From: an uncultured Planctomycetales bacterium | Lineage (GTDB): Bacteria; Omnitrophota; Gorgyraeia; Gygaellales; Profunditerraquicolaceae | Reading direction: 5' to 3' | Length of the DNA stretch: 51,574 bases | Assembly: GCA_964362795.1 (NCBI GenBank) | Contig: CAYIFW010000002.1 | Coordinates: forward strand, 1-51,574 | Part shown: positions 43,294-51,095 of the stretch, piece after piece | Position numbering within the stretch: position 1 is the first letter of the stretch | Layout of the letters: every line of letters starts with the position of its first letter | Translations under genes and position numbers: made by a program | Notes under the pieces: model-generated | The model's database searches: none | The model's input: only the letters and a program-made list of their open reading frames with translations | Told to the model about the DNA's origin: nothing

Positions 43294-43647
43294 ATGAACC
43301 GTGATGAATCAAGAAATGATCTAGGAGTGGTCAGGATTCACAAGAATGTAATTTCCTCCATCTCTTCGATAGCGGCCCTGGAGATCGAAGGGGTTAAAAG
43401 TGTGGGTAAGAATTTAAAGAGCAGTTTGCTGGAAGTTATCGGACAGAAATCTTTCTCGGCGATTAAAGTGGATATCTCTAAGAATGAAGAAGTAAGGGTG
43501 GAAGTCCCTTTGATAATTAAATATGGTTATAATATTCCTGAGGTCGCTGGCCGGGTCCAGGAAAATGTCCGCCAGGCGCTGGAAAAAATGAGCAATCTTA
43601 CTTTAAAAGATATTAATATAAATGTGCGGGGTATAGAAAGGGGCTAG
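43294..43647 (+). CDS. Asp23/Gls24-family envelope stress protein
   Basis: 117 aa with the pattern ..VRIHKNVISSISSIAALEIEGV. Confidence 0.86.
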   Translation: MNRDESRNDLGVVRIHKNVISSISSIAALEIEGVKSVGKNLKSSLLEVIGQKSFSAIKVDISKNEEVRVEVPLIIKYGYNIPEVAGRVQENVRQALEKMSNLTLKDININVRGIERG

Positions 43648-43649
43648 CT

Positions 43650-44258
43650 ATGAGATTTCTTACCGTATTAGGAATTGTATTTTATGCGGCGGCGATTATT
43701 GTCATCGGTTTGGTTTTTATTGCATTTTCATTAAATTTGTTGTTGCCCCAAGATATTAATAATTTGCTTACTTTTGCCCAGAGCAACCAGAATACCCGAA
43801 TCGTTATCGGATTAAGCGGCGTGCTTTTAATTTTAATCAGCATATCATTCGCTCAGATTATTTTAGGCAAATTCCAGAGAGAGCGCACAATTGCTTTTGC
43901 TACATCCAGCGGCCAGGTGACTATTTCTCTTTCGGCGGTGGAGGATTTAATCCGTCGGCTCGCTGGGATAATTCCTGAGGTAAAAGAATTAAGGCCGAAT
44001 GTTGTCGCCAATAAAAAGGGCATTATCGTCGATATGCGCGTAGTTTTACGGAGCGAGGCAAATATTCCCGAGCTCACCAGCCGCCTGCAGGATATTGCTA
44101 AATCTAAAATTCAGGAGGTCCTGGGCCTGGAAGAGCAGATCATTATTAAAATTCACGTGGCTAAGATCGTGCATGATGAAAAAGATAATCGTAAGAAAAA
44201 AGATTCTGATAAAGATGATTTCTCAACAATACCGTTTAGCGGGTATGGACGGGTTTAA
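43650..44258 (+). CDS. Membrane protein, probable Asp23 membrane anchor (AmaP-like)
   Basis: 202 aa with two N-terminal TM helices and an Asp23-like soluble segment. Immediately downstream of Asp23, as in amaP-asp23 loci. Confidence 0.58.
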   Translation: MRFLTVLGIVFYAAAIIVIGLVFIAFSLNLLLPQDINNLLTFAQSNQNTRIVIGLSGVLLILISISFAQIILGKFQRERTIAFATSSGQVTISLSAVEDLIRRLAGIIPEVKELRPNVVANKKGIIVDMRVVLRSEANIPELTSRLQDIAKSKIQEVLGLEEQIIIKIHVAKIVHDEKDNRKKKDSDKDDFSTIPFSGYGRV

Positions 44259-44273
44259 GAAAGGAATAAGGAG

Positions 44274-45305
44274 ATGTTAAAGATAGGTATTTTAACAGGT
44301 GGAGGGGATTGTCCGGGGCTAAATCCTGTTATTCGGGCAGTTGTGCGTAAAGCGTTGTTGGAAGGTTATGAAATCGTTGGAATTAAAAATGGTTGGAAAG
44401 GTCTAGTTGAAAATGACACAATGCGTTTAGATATTAATATTGTATCCGGTATTCTGCCCAAAGGTGGCACAATTTTAGGCACCAGCCGCACTAATCCTTA
44501 TAAAAAAGAAGGCGATTTGCAAAAGGTTAAGGATAATTTTAAGAAAATGGGTTTAGATGCTTTGGTTGCAGTTGGCGGCGAAGACACTTTGGGAGTTGCT
44601 TCTAAACTGGTTAAAGACGGTATCCCGAATATTGTGGGAGTTCCTAAAACTATTGATAATGATTTATCGGCTACAGATTATACTTTTGGTTTTGATACGG
44701 CTTTAAATGTAGCGATGGAATGTATCGACCGCTTGCATACTACCGCTGAAAGCCATCATCGGATTATGGTGGCCGAAGTTATGGGTAGGCATGCCGGTTG
44801 GATTGCTCTGGAGGCGGGTATTGCCGGGGGAGCGGATGTAATTTTGATTCCGGAAATTCCGATTGATCTGGATGAGGTTTGCAATGTAATTAAGAAGAGG
44901 CATGCGCGAGGCAAGACTTTTAGTATCGTTGTAGTCTCTGAAGGCGCGCAGTTTAAAGGACAGGATCTGGTGCTGCAGGAAAAAAAGCTGGATGCTTTCG
45001 GCCATGTTCGGCTGGGCGGCGTAGGGGAGGAATTAGCCGCGCATATTGAAAAACGCACTGGTTATGAAACTAGAGTTAGTGTTCTGGGCCACATCCAAAG
45101 AGGCGGTTCACCGACTGCTTTTGACCGCGTATTGGGTACCCGTTTTGGGGTCAAGGCCGTGGAGTTGATTAAGAATAAAAAATTCGGCAGAATGGTAGCT
45201 TTAGCCGGCATTAAAATTATTGACGTATCTTTAGATGATGCGGTGAAGGCTTTAAAAACGGTGGATATGGAGCTTTACGATATTGCCAAAGTATTTTTTG
45301 GCTAA
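44274..45305 (+). CDS. pfk: 6-phosphofructokinase (signature residues suggest the PPi-dependent type)
   Basis: 343 aa with GILTGGGDCPGLN, GGEDTLG, PKTIDNDL and MGRHAGWIA. Confidence 0.92.
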   Translation: MLKIGILTGGGDCPGLNPVIRAVVRKALLEGYEIVGIKNGWKGLVENDTMRLDINIVSGILPKGGTILGTSRTNPYKKEGDLQKVKDNFKKMGLDALVAVGGEDTLGVASKLVKDGIPNIVGVPKTIDNDLSATDYTFGFDTALNVAMECIDRLHTTAESHHRIMVAEVMGRHAGWIALEAGIAGGADVILIPEIPIDLDEVCNVIKKRHARGKTFSIVVVSEGAQFKGQDLVLQEKKLDAFGHVRLGGVGEELAAHIEKRTGYETRVSVLGHIQRGGSPTAFDRVLGTRFGVKAVELIKNKKFGRMVALAGIKIIDVSLDDAVKALKTVDMELYDIAKVFFG

Positions 45306-45362
45306 GGTGTGGGCACCCGACGATAACCGGTATTGCGTCGGTGTCCTCCACGTGGAGGAAAA

Positions 45363-45941
45363 ATGCGCGAAAGAATAAAAGATATACTTTTAGAAAGTAT
45401 CCAGGTTAAAGAAGAAATTTTACGTAACCAGGTTGAATCTATTTATAATATCGCTCACTTGATGATAGATTGCCTGAGGAAGGATGGCAAGGTAATCGTG
45501 TTTGGTAATGGCGGCTCAGCCAGCGACAGTCAGCATATTGCCGCCGAACTTGTCGGGCGTTTTAAAAAGGACCGTTCTCCGTTAGCCGGTATTGCTTTGA
45601 CCACCAATACGTCAATACTTACTTCTTTGGCTAATGATTATGGTTATGATGTAGTTTTTTCTAGGCAGGTTGAAGCTTTAGGTAAGAAGAATGATGTAGT
45701 TTTAGGTATATCTACCAGCGGAAAAGCTAAAAACGTAGCTTTAGGAATTAAACAAGCTAAAAAGATGGGGATTAAAACCGTAGCCTTAAGCGGGGGAGAT
45801 GGCGGGGATATCGTAAAATTGGCGGATGTATCTTTAGTGGTCCCGTCTAAGGTAACTGCCAGAATCCAGGAAGCGCACATTACTATTGCCCACATAATAT
45901 GCGAAATGATCGAACAGGAACTTTGTCAGGAACAAAAATAA
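45363..45941 (+). CDS. gmhA: D-sedoheptulose-7-phosphate isomerase
   Basis: Start taken at ATG 45363 (SD GGAGG 4-5 nt upstream). SIS domain with FGNGGSASDSQHIAAELVGRF and ISTSGKAKNV. Confidence 0.92.
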   Translation: MRERIKDILLESIQVKEEILRNQVESIYNIAHLMIDCLRKDGKVIVFGNGGSASDSQHIAAELVGRFKKDRSPLAGIALTTNTSILTSLANDYGYDVVFSRQVEALGKKNDVVLGISTSGKAKNVALGIKQAKKMGIKTVALSGGDGGDIVKLADVSLVVPSKVTARIQEAHITIAHIICEMIEQELCQEQK

Positions 45942-46405
45942 TTTCGCTTTCCAGTCTTAAACGTAAGGTTAGGGCTCTTAAGCAAAAAGGCAAGCGCATC
46001 GTTTTTACTAACGGTTGCTTCGATCTTTTGCATTTTGGCCATGTTAAATACCTGCAAGACGCTAAGCGCAAAGGTGATTATTTAATCGTAGCCGTAAATA
46101 GCGATACCTCAATTAAAAAAATTAAAGCTAAAGGCAGGCCGGTTATCGGCCAATCTGACCGCTTAAAGACGATCGCCGCTTTATCTAGTGTAGATTTTAC
46201 GCTTTTATTTAGCCAGGATACGCCGCTTAAGCTAATTAAAGCGCTTAAGCCGGATATTTTAATCAAAGGCGCCGACTGGAGCAAAGAAAAAATCGTGGGT
46301 GCGGATTTTGTGCAAAGTTACGGTGGCCGGGTTGAGACCGTAAAATTAGTTAAGAACCGATCCACTAGCGCATTGATCGAAAAAATTGTCAAAAATTTCT
46401 CATAA
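45899..46405 (+). CDS. D-glycero-beta-D-manno-heptose-1-phosphate adenylyltransferase (RfaE domain II only)
   Basis: 168 aa cytidylyltransferase fold with VFTNGCFDLLHFGHVKYL and VAVNSD. Start is uncertain (ATG 45899 or TTG 45923) and overlaps the gmhA 3' end. Confidence 0.87.
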   Translation: MRNDRTGTLSGTKIISLSSLKRKVRALKQKGKRIVFTNGCFDLLHFGHVKYLQDAKRKGDYLIVAVNSDTSIKKIKAKGRPVIGQSDRLKTIAALSSVDFTLLFSQDTPLKLIKALKPDILIKGADWSKEKIVGADFVQSYGGRVETVKLVKNRSTSALIEKIVKNFS

Positions 46406-46829
46406 AAATAATATTTACCGCATCATTGATGCTAACCTGAACCGGGCCAAAGAGGGCTTACGCGTTTGCGAAGAGATAACCCGGTTTATTTTGGATAACC
46501 ATAAATTTACAGCTCTTTTTAAGAAATTCAGGCATCAGCTTGACGGGGATGCCCGTAAAATTTATCCGGTTGTGATTTTGCTTAGGCAACGCAGGAGTGA
46601 TACTGATGTGGGAAGATTCAATTCCAGCGGCGAGCTCAAGCGTAGTAACTGTAAGGATATCTTTGGGGCTAATATTCAAAGGGTTAAGGAATCTTTGCGC
46701 GTTCTGGAAGAATTTAGTAAATTAACCGATCCTTTGGCTGCTAAAAGTTTTAAACAGCTTAGGTATAAAGTTTATGAAATCGAGAAAGCGTCTTTTAAAG
46801 AAATCTCAGCTTTATCTGATTCTCGATAA
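46386..46829 (+). CDS. Protein resembling the N-terminal accessory domain found on some ThiE proteins (ThiD2-like)
   Basis: 147 aa with YRIIDANLNRAKEGLRVCEE and NIQRVKESLRVLEEFSKL repeats. The 3' end overlaps thiE by 56 nt in another frame. Family assignment is from memory. Confidence 0.5.
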   Translation: MSKISHKNNIYRIIDANLNRAKEGLRVCEEITRFILDNHKFTALFKKFRHQLDGDARKIYPVVILLRQRRSDTDVGRFNSSGELKRSNCKDIFGANIQRVKESLRVLEEFSKLTDPLAAKSFKQLRYKVYEIEKASFKEISALSDSR

Positions 46830-47409
46830 GCCGACGCTAGCTAAGCGTTCTTTAAAAAGTATTTATTCCGCTGTATCCGGCGGCAGGCTCGGTTTGATTC
46901 AATTGAGGGATAAGCGATCGGCTAAATCCGAGGTATTGAGTTTAGCGGTTAAACTTTCTCAGCGCCTGAGCAAGACTAAAACGCTCTTTATAGTTAACGA
47001 TTATCTTGATCTGGCTGTTGCCAGCGGCGCCGATGGCCTGCATTTGGGCCAAACAGATATGCCGCTAAAGCAGGCCAGAAAAATATTAGGTAAGGATTAT
47101 ATAATCGGAATCTCTTGTCATAATTTTGCCCAGGCTTTAAAAGCTCAAAAGCAAGGGGCAGATTATATTGGTATCGGGCCGGTCTATGCTACGGCTACCA
47201 AGCCTGAATACAAGCCGATAGGTTTAGAAATATTGCGCCAGCTCAAAGATAAAATAAAAATTCCTTATTTTGCTATCGGGGATATTGGCTTAAAGAATGT
47301 TAAAGAGATTATTGCTGCCGGGGCAAAACGTATCGCGGTTTGCCGGGAAATTTTAAAAGCCAAAGATCCCAAAGCAGTGGCGAATCAATTATTTAAGAAC
47401 TTAAAATAA
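46774..47409 (+). CDS. thiE: Thiamine-phosphate synthase
   Basis: 211 aa with LYLILD, IQLRDK, GADGLHLGQ, GPVYATATKP and FAIGDI motifs. Confidence 0.92.
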   Translation: MKSRKRLLKKSQLYLILDKPTLAKRSLKSIYSAVSGGRLGLIQLRDKRSAKSEVLSLAVKLSQRLSKTKTLFIVNDYLDLAVASGADGLHLGQTDMPLKQARKILGKDYIIGISCHNFAQALKAQKQGADYIGIGPVYATATKPEYKPIGLEILRQLKDKIKIPYFAIGDIGLKNVKEIIAAGAKRIAVCREILKAKDPKAVANQLFKNLK

Positions 47410-48714
47410 ATGACACAATTAGAATCCGCTAAAAAAAATATAATTACACCGCTGCTGCGCCGCGTTGCCCGCTTGGAAGGGCTAACTTGTAGCGCGCTGA
47501 TGCGCCTGGTGGCCCAAGGCAAGGTAGTTATCCCTTTAAATATCAATCATAAAATAAAAAAACCCTGCGCGGTAGGCAGCACTCTTTCCACTAAAATTAA
47601 TGCGAATATCGGTACCTCTACCGATGAATCTAAGCTTACGGAAGAAATTAAGAAATTAAAAGTAGCTATAAAACATGGCGCCGATGCGCTAATGGATTTA
47701 AGTGTCGGTGGCAATCTTGCTAAAATAAGGCAGGCGGTTTTAAAATATTCCAGCGTCCCGGTAGGCACGGTTCCGGTTTATGAAGTCGCGGTTAACGCTC
47801 AGGAAAAAAATAAAAATTTTCTTAAGTTTAACGCTCAGGATATGCTGGCTATTTTGGAGAAACAAGCCAAGCAGGGGGTGGATTTTTTTACCATCCATAG
47901 CGGGGTAACCCAAGCCAGCTTAAAGATTTTAGAAAAACAAAAAAGATTGATGGGGGTGGTTTCGCGCGGGGGCGCAATTATTGCCAGCTGGATAAAATAT
48001 CATAAACAGGAAAATCCTTTTTATTCGCACTTCGATGCTATTTTGGATATCGCTTATAAATACGATGTAACTTTAAGTTTGGGCGATGGGTTAAGGCCGG
48101 GTTCGATTTTAGATGCTACGGATAAAGCCCAGATTGCTGAGCTAAAAATTTTAGGAAAATTGGCTAAACGCGCCTGGGCCAGGGGTGTTCAGGTAATGAT
48201 TGAGGGGCCGGGCCATGTTCCGCTAGATCAGATTGAAAAAAATATCGCTTTAGAGAAAAAATATTGCTCTGGCGCGCCTTTTTATGTTTTAGGGCCGCTG
48301 GTTACCGATGTTGCCCCGGGGTATGACCATATTACCTCGGCAATCGGAGGAGCAATCGCCGCCAGTTGCGGAGCGGATTTTCTTTGTTATGTCACACCTG
48401 CCGAGCACCTGCGCCATCCCACGCTTAGCGACGTGCGCGAAGGAGTAATTGCCAGCCGGATTGCCGCTCATGCCGGAGATTTAATTAAACGCAAGAAGAT
48501 TGCCATTGAATGGGATCGCAATATATCAATTGCCCGAAGAGCCCGGGATTGGAAAAAACAGATTCAGCTATCGATTAATCCGGATAAGGCCAGAGAGTAT
48601 CGCTTGAGTAGCAAGCCTAAGCTTGCAAAAGTGTGTACGATGTGCGGGGATTATTGCTCGATCAAGTTGATGGATGAGTGCCTGCCTGCCGGCAGGCAGG
48701 TTTTGCGAGCGTAG
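47410..48714 (+). CDS. thiC: Phosphomethylpyrimidine synthase
   Basis: 434 aa with IGTS, DLSVGG, EGPGHVP, LVTD.APGYDHI and the C-terminal Fe-S motif CTMCGDYCS. The last 10 nt overlap tRNA-Gly. Confidence 0.95.
   Translation: MTQLESAKKNIITPLLRRVARLEGLTCSALMRLVAQGKVVIPLNINHKIKKPCAVGSTLSTKINANIGTSTDESKLTEEIKKLKVAIKHGADALMDLSVGGNLAKIRQAVLKYSSVPVGTVPVYEVAVNAQEKNKNFLKFNAQDMLAILEKQAKQGVDFFTIHSGVTQASLKILEKQKRLMGVVSRGGAIIASWIKYHKQENPFYSHFDAILDIAYKYDVTLSLGDGLRPGSILDATDKAQIAELKILGKLAKRAWARGVQVMIEGPGHVPLDQIEKNIALEKKYCSGAPFYVLGPLVTDVAPGYDHITSAIGGAIAASCGADFLCYVTPAEHLRHPTLSDVREGVIASRIAAHAGDLIKRKKIAIEWDRNISIARRARDWKKQIQLSINPDKAREYRLSSKPKLAKVCTMCGDYCSIKLMDECLPAGRQVLRA
48681..48700. repeat. Perfect 20-nt palindrome CCTGCCTGCCGGCAGGCAGG followed by TTTT
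   Basis: Read directly. It lies inside the last codons of thiC, 4 nt before the tRNA 5' end. A near copy is at 48795-48816. Confidence 0.85.
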
Positions 48715-48775
48715 TTCAGTGGCAGAACACTAGCTTCCCAAGCTAGATATGGGAGTTCGATTCTCCTCGCTCGCT
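48705..48775 (+). tRNA. tRNA-Gly (anticodon CCC)
   Basis: Manual fold. Acceptor stem GCGAGCG/CGCTCGC, D arm GTTC-AGTGGCA-GAAC, anticodon arm CTAGC-TTCCCAA-GCTAG, 4-nt variable loop, T arm GGGAG-TTCGATT-CTCCT. No encoded CCA. Confidence 0.92.
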
Positions 48776-48794
48776 TTAAATAATTGTGGCGGTT

Positions 48795-48816
48795 CCCTGC
48801 CTGACGGCAGTCAGGG
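48795..48816. repeat. Imperfect palindrome CCCTGCCTGACGGCAGTCAGGG (second copy of the element at 48681)
   Basis: Shares CCTGCCTG-CGGCAG-CAGG with the first copy. Located 20 nt downstream of the tRNA. Confidence 0.7.
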
Positions 48817-48843
48817 ATTCCGCTCACCCGCTTATAGATCAAG

Positions 48844-49503
48844 ATGAAGAGTATTATTATAATATTTATAGTTTTAATGCTTGCCGGATGCGCGACGCAG
48901 GCTCCTTATACCGGGCCGGTTTTGCCTGTAGCGACTCAAGCAATTTCAGGTATGCATCATCGGGTAGAGGCAGGCCAGACTCTTTGGACGATATCTAAGC
49001 TTTATAACGTAGATATTGATGAGATCTTATCCGTAAATCATATTTCCGAAGAGGCAAAAATTGAAATAGGGCAGCTGCTTTTAATTCCCGGCCCTAGCAA
49101 GCGGCAGAATATTACGGTTAAATCCGGTGGTGATGATTTTATTTGGCCGCTTAAGGGCAGAGTGATCGCCGGCTTCGGTTTGAATTATCGCAATTTGATG
49201 AATAAAGGAATTAATATTCAGGCCTCAATGGGGGCGCAAGTTTACGCCGCCAGAGCAGGAAGAGTGGTTTTTTGCGCCGATAATTTTGGCAATTTCGGTA
49301 AGATGGTAATTATCGACCATGGAGACGGCTTACGTAGCGTGTATTCCCGGGTTTCCCAAATTTATGCGCGCTTAGGTGATTCCGTGCAAGGTGGCTCGAT
49401 GATCGGCAGTGTCGGAACAAGCACCAGAGATAAGAATAGTTATTTACACTTTGAAATACGCAAAGGCGCAATACCTCAAAATCCGTTATTCTATTTACCA
49501 TGA
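48844..49503 (+). CDS. LysM-domain M23 metallopeptidase lipoprotein (NlpD/EnvC-like)
   Basis: 219 aa with lipobox LMLAGC, LysM region (HRVEAGQTLWTISKLYNV...IGQLLLIP), and an M23 core (GINIQA..G..VYAARAGRV...VIIDHGDGLRSVYS...YLHFEIR). Confidence 0.88.
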   Translation: MKSIIIIFIVLMLAGCATQAPYTGPVLPVATQAISGMHHRVEAGQTLWTISKLYNVDIDEILSVNHISEEAKIEIGQLLLIPGPSKRQNITVKSGGDDFIWPLKGRVIAGFGLNYRNLMNKGINIQASMGAQVYAARAGRVVFCADNFGNFGKMVIIDHGDGLRSVYSRVSQIYARLGDSVQGGSMIGSVGTSTRDKNSYLHFEIRKGAIPQNPLFYLP

Positions 49504-51095
49504 TCAAAGACAGATTTTTCGACCGTAAAAATTATATTCAGATTCTAGAAAAGCGCGTCAGCAGCTTAAAGGAAGGCTACCGGCAGAATATTGCTATTAT
49601 CGGCGAGGAAAATGTCGGCAAAACCAGTATCGTTACTAAGTTTCTAGCCCACTTTTATGATGTGCGGATTATTACTGTTTATTTGGAAGTTCGGCCTGAA
49701 TCTTTGGATGATTTCGCTAAGAGATTCATCGGAGCGTTGCTTTATAATTTTCTTTTAAATAGCGGTTTGCCCTTAAAAGAAGACCTGGATTATCTGATAG
49801 CAAAGTCGGTTAAATTTATACCTGCGACTACGCAAAAGATAAATTTTATATTAACGGAATTAGCGCGTAATAAAAAAATTAATATTGTTACGGAGCTTTT
49901 TGACCTGCCGGAGTTAATTCATCAGGAGACCGGTAAATTTACGGTTTTGTTTCTGGATGAGTTCCATAATCTTGAAAGTTTAGGGGTCAAGAATTTATAC
50001 CGGGAATGGAGTAAGCTGCTGATTGTACAAAAAAATACGCTTTATTGCATCAGTAGTTCTATGATGTTTAAAGCCAGGGTAATTCTTTCTAAGCAGCTTT
50101 CATTGTTATTTGGTAATTTTGAGGTAGTTTGTATTGAGCCTTTTGATATTCATACCAGCGGCCGCTTCCTTGACCAGTACTTGCCTAGCTTAAAGTCAAA
50201 AAGCGGATTAAAAGATTTTATTATTAATTTTACCGGGGGCTATCCGTTGTATCTGGAATTGATTGCGGATGCCTTATCCAAAAAAGATGCTGCCCAGGAC
50301 TTAGCTGATGTTTTAGAAGACCTGTTGTTTAATTCTTCCGGTATTCTCAATCAGAGATTTTCTAACTATATCAAACGTTTTCTAGACCTGGCGGCAAGCA
50401 ATGATTATATTTCGATACTTTATCTGATTGCCAGCGGTCGCAATCGGATCAAGGATATCGCCCACATCTTACATAAACAAAAAAAAGAATTACTCGTTAG
50501 AATTAATTACCTGTTGGAACTTGATGCTATTACCAGAAGCGGGGATTTTCTTAAAGTTAGCGACCGACTATTTGCCTATTGGATGCGTTTTGTGCATCAT
50601 GAAAAGCTGCGTTCATTGTCTTTTGATGCCAAGAATCAAAAAGAAAAATTCCGCGATAATATTGTCGAATTAATCTCGGAGTTTTCCAAGCAGGCTGCCA
50701 ACCCGCTGACTAACCGTATTTTTGAGTTGCTGCATTTATTTGAAGATGACCTGATGCAAATTGAACGTAAAAAAGTCAGGCTTAATCATTTCCGGGAGAT
50801 CAAGCCGCTGGTGTTTAACCACCGTTTTTTAAAAGATGGTTTATTGGGCCGTTCCTCGGAGGCGCTGTGGATCATGGCGATTAAAACGGAGGCGCTTACC
50901 GAGAGTGATATTGCTGATTTTTCTAAAGAGTGTAAAAGATACCATCATAAATCGCAGCGTAAAATTATAATCACCTTAAAAGAAGTTGAGCCTAATGCCC
51001 GTTTAAGGGCGCTTGAGGAAAAAATTTGGACCTGGGATTTAAACAATTTAAACCAGATCCTGGATTTATTTTCTAAACCACGGATAATTGCATGA
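49500..51095 (+). CDS. P-loop ATPase of the archaeal-ATPase/AAA type with winged-helix and an uncharacterised C-terminal domain
   Basis: 531 aa with FFDRKNYIQILEKRV, Walker A GEENVGKTS and Walker B VLFLDEFHNL. A wHTH-like segment (RIKDIAHILHKQKKELLVRINYLLELDAI) is followed by a ~150-aa C-terminal domain. ATGA overlap with the upstream gene. Confidence 0.72.
   Translation: MIKDRFFDRKNYIQILEKRVSSLKEGYRQNIAIIGEENVGKTSIVTKFLAHFYDVRIITVYLEVRPESLDDFAKRFIGALLYNFLLNSGLPLKEDLDYLIAKSVKFIPATTQKINFILTELARNKKINIVTELFDLPELIHQETGKFTVLFLDEFHNLESLGVKNLYREWSKLLIVQKNTLYCISSSMMFKARVILSKQLSLLFGNFEVVCIEPFDIHTSGRFLDQYLPSLKSKSGLKDFIINFTGGYPLYLELIADALSKKDAAQDLADVLEDLLFNSSGILNQRFSNYIKRFLDLAASNDYISILYLIASGRNRIKDIAHILHKQKKELLVRINYLLELDAITRSGDFLKVSDRLFAYWMRFVHHEKLRSLSFDAKNQKEKFRDNIVELISEFSKQAANPLTNRIFELLHLFEDDLMQIERKKVRLNHFREIKPLVFNHRFLKDGLLGRSSEALWIMAIKTEALTESDIADFSKECKRYHHKSQRKIIITLKEVEPNARLRALEEKIWTWDLNNLNQILDLFSKPRIIA

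Noticed and set aside
46300-47420. An expected TPP riboswitch upstream of the thiE/thiC genes.
   Set aside because: No CTGAGA...ACCTGATCTGGATAATGCCAGCG-type THI-box could be found. The thi genes abut or overlap the preceding heptose gene with no leader space.
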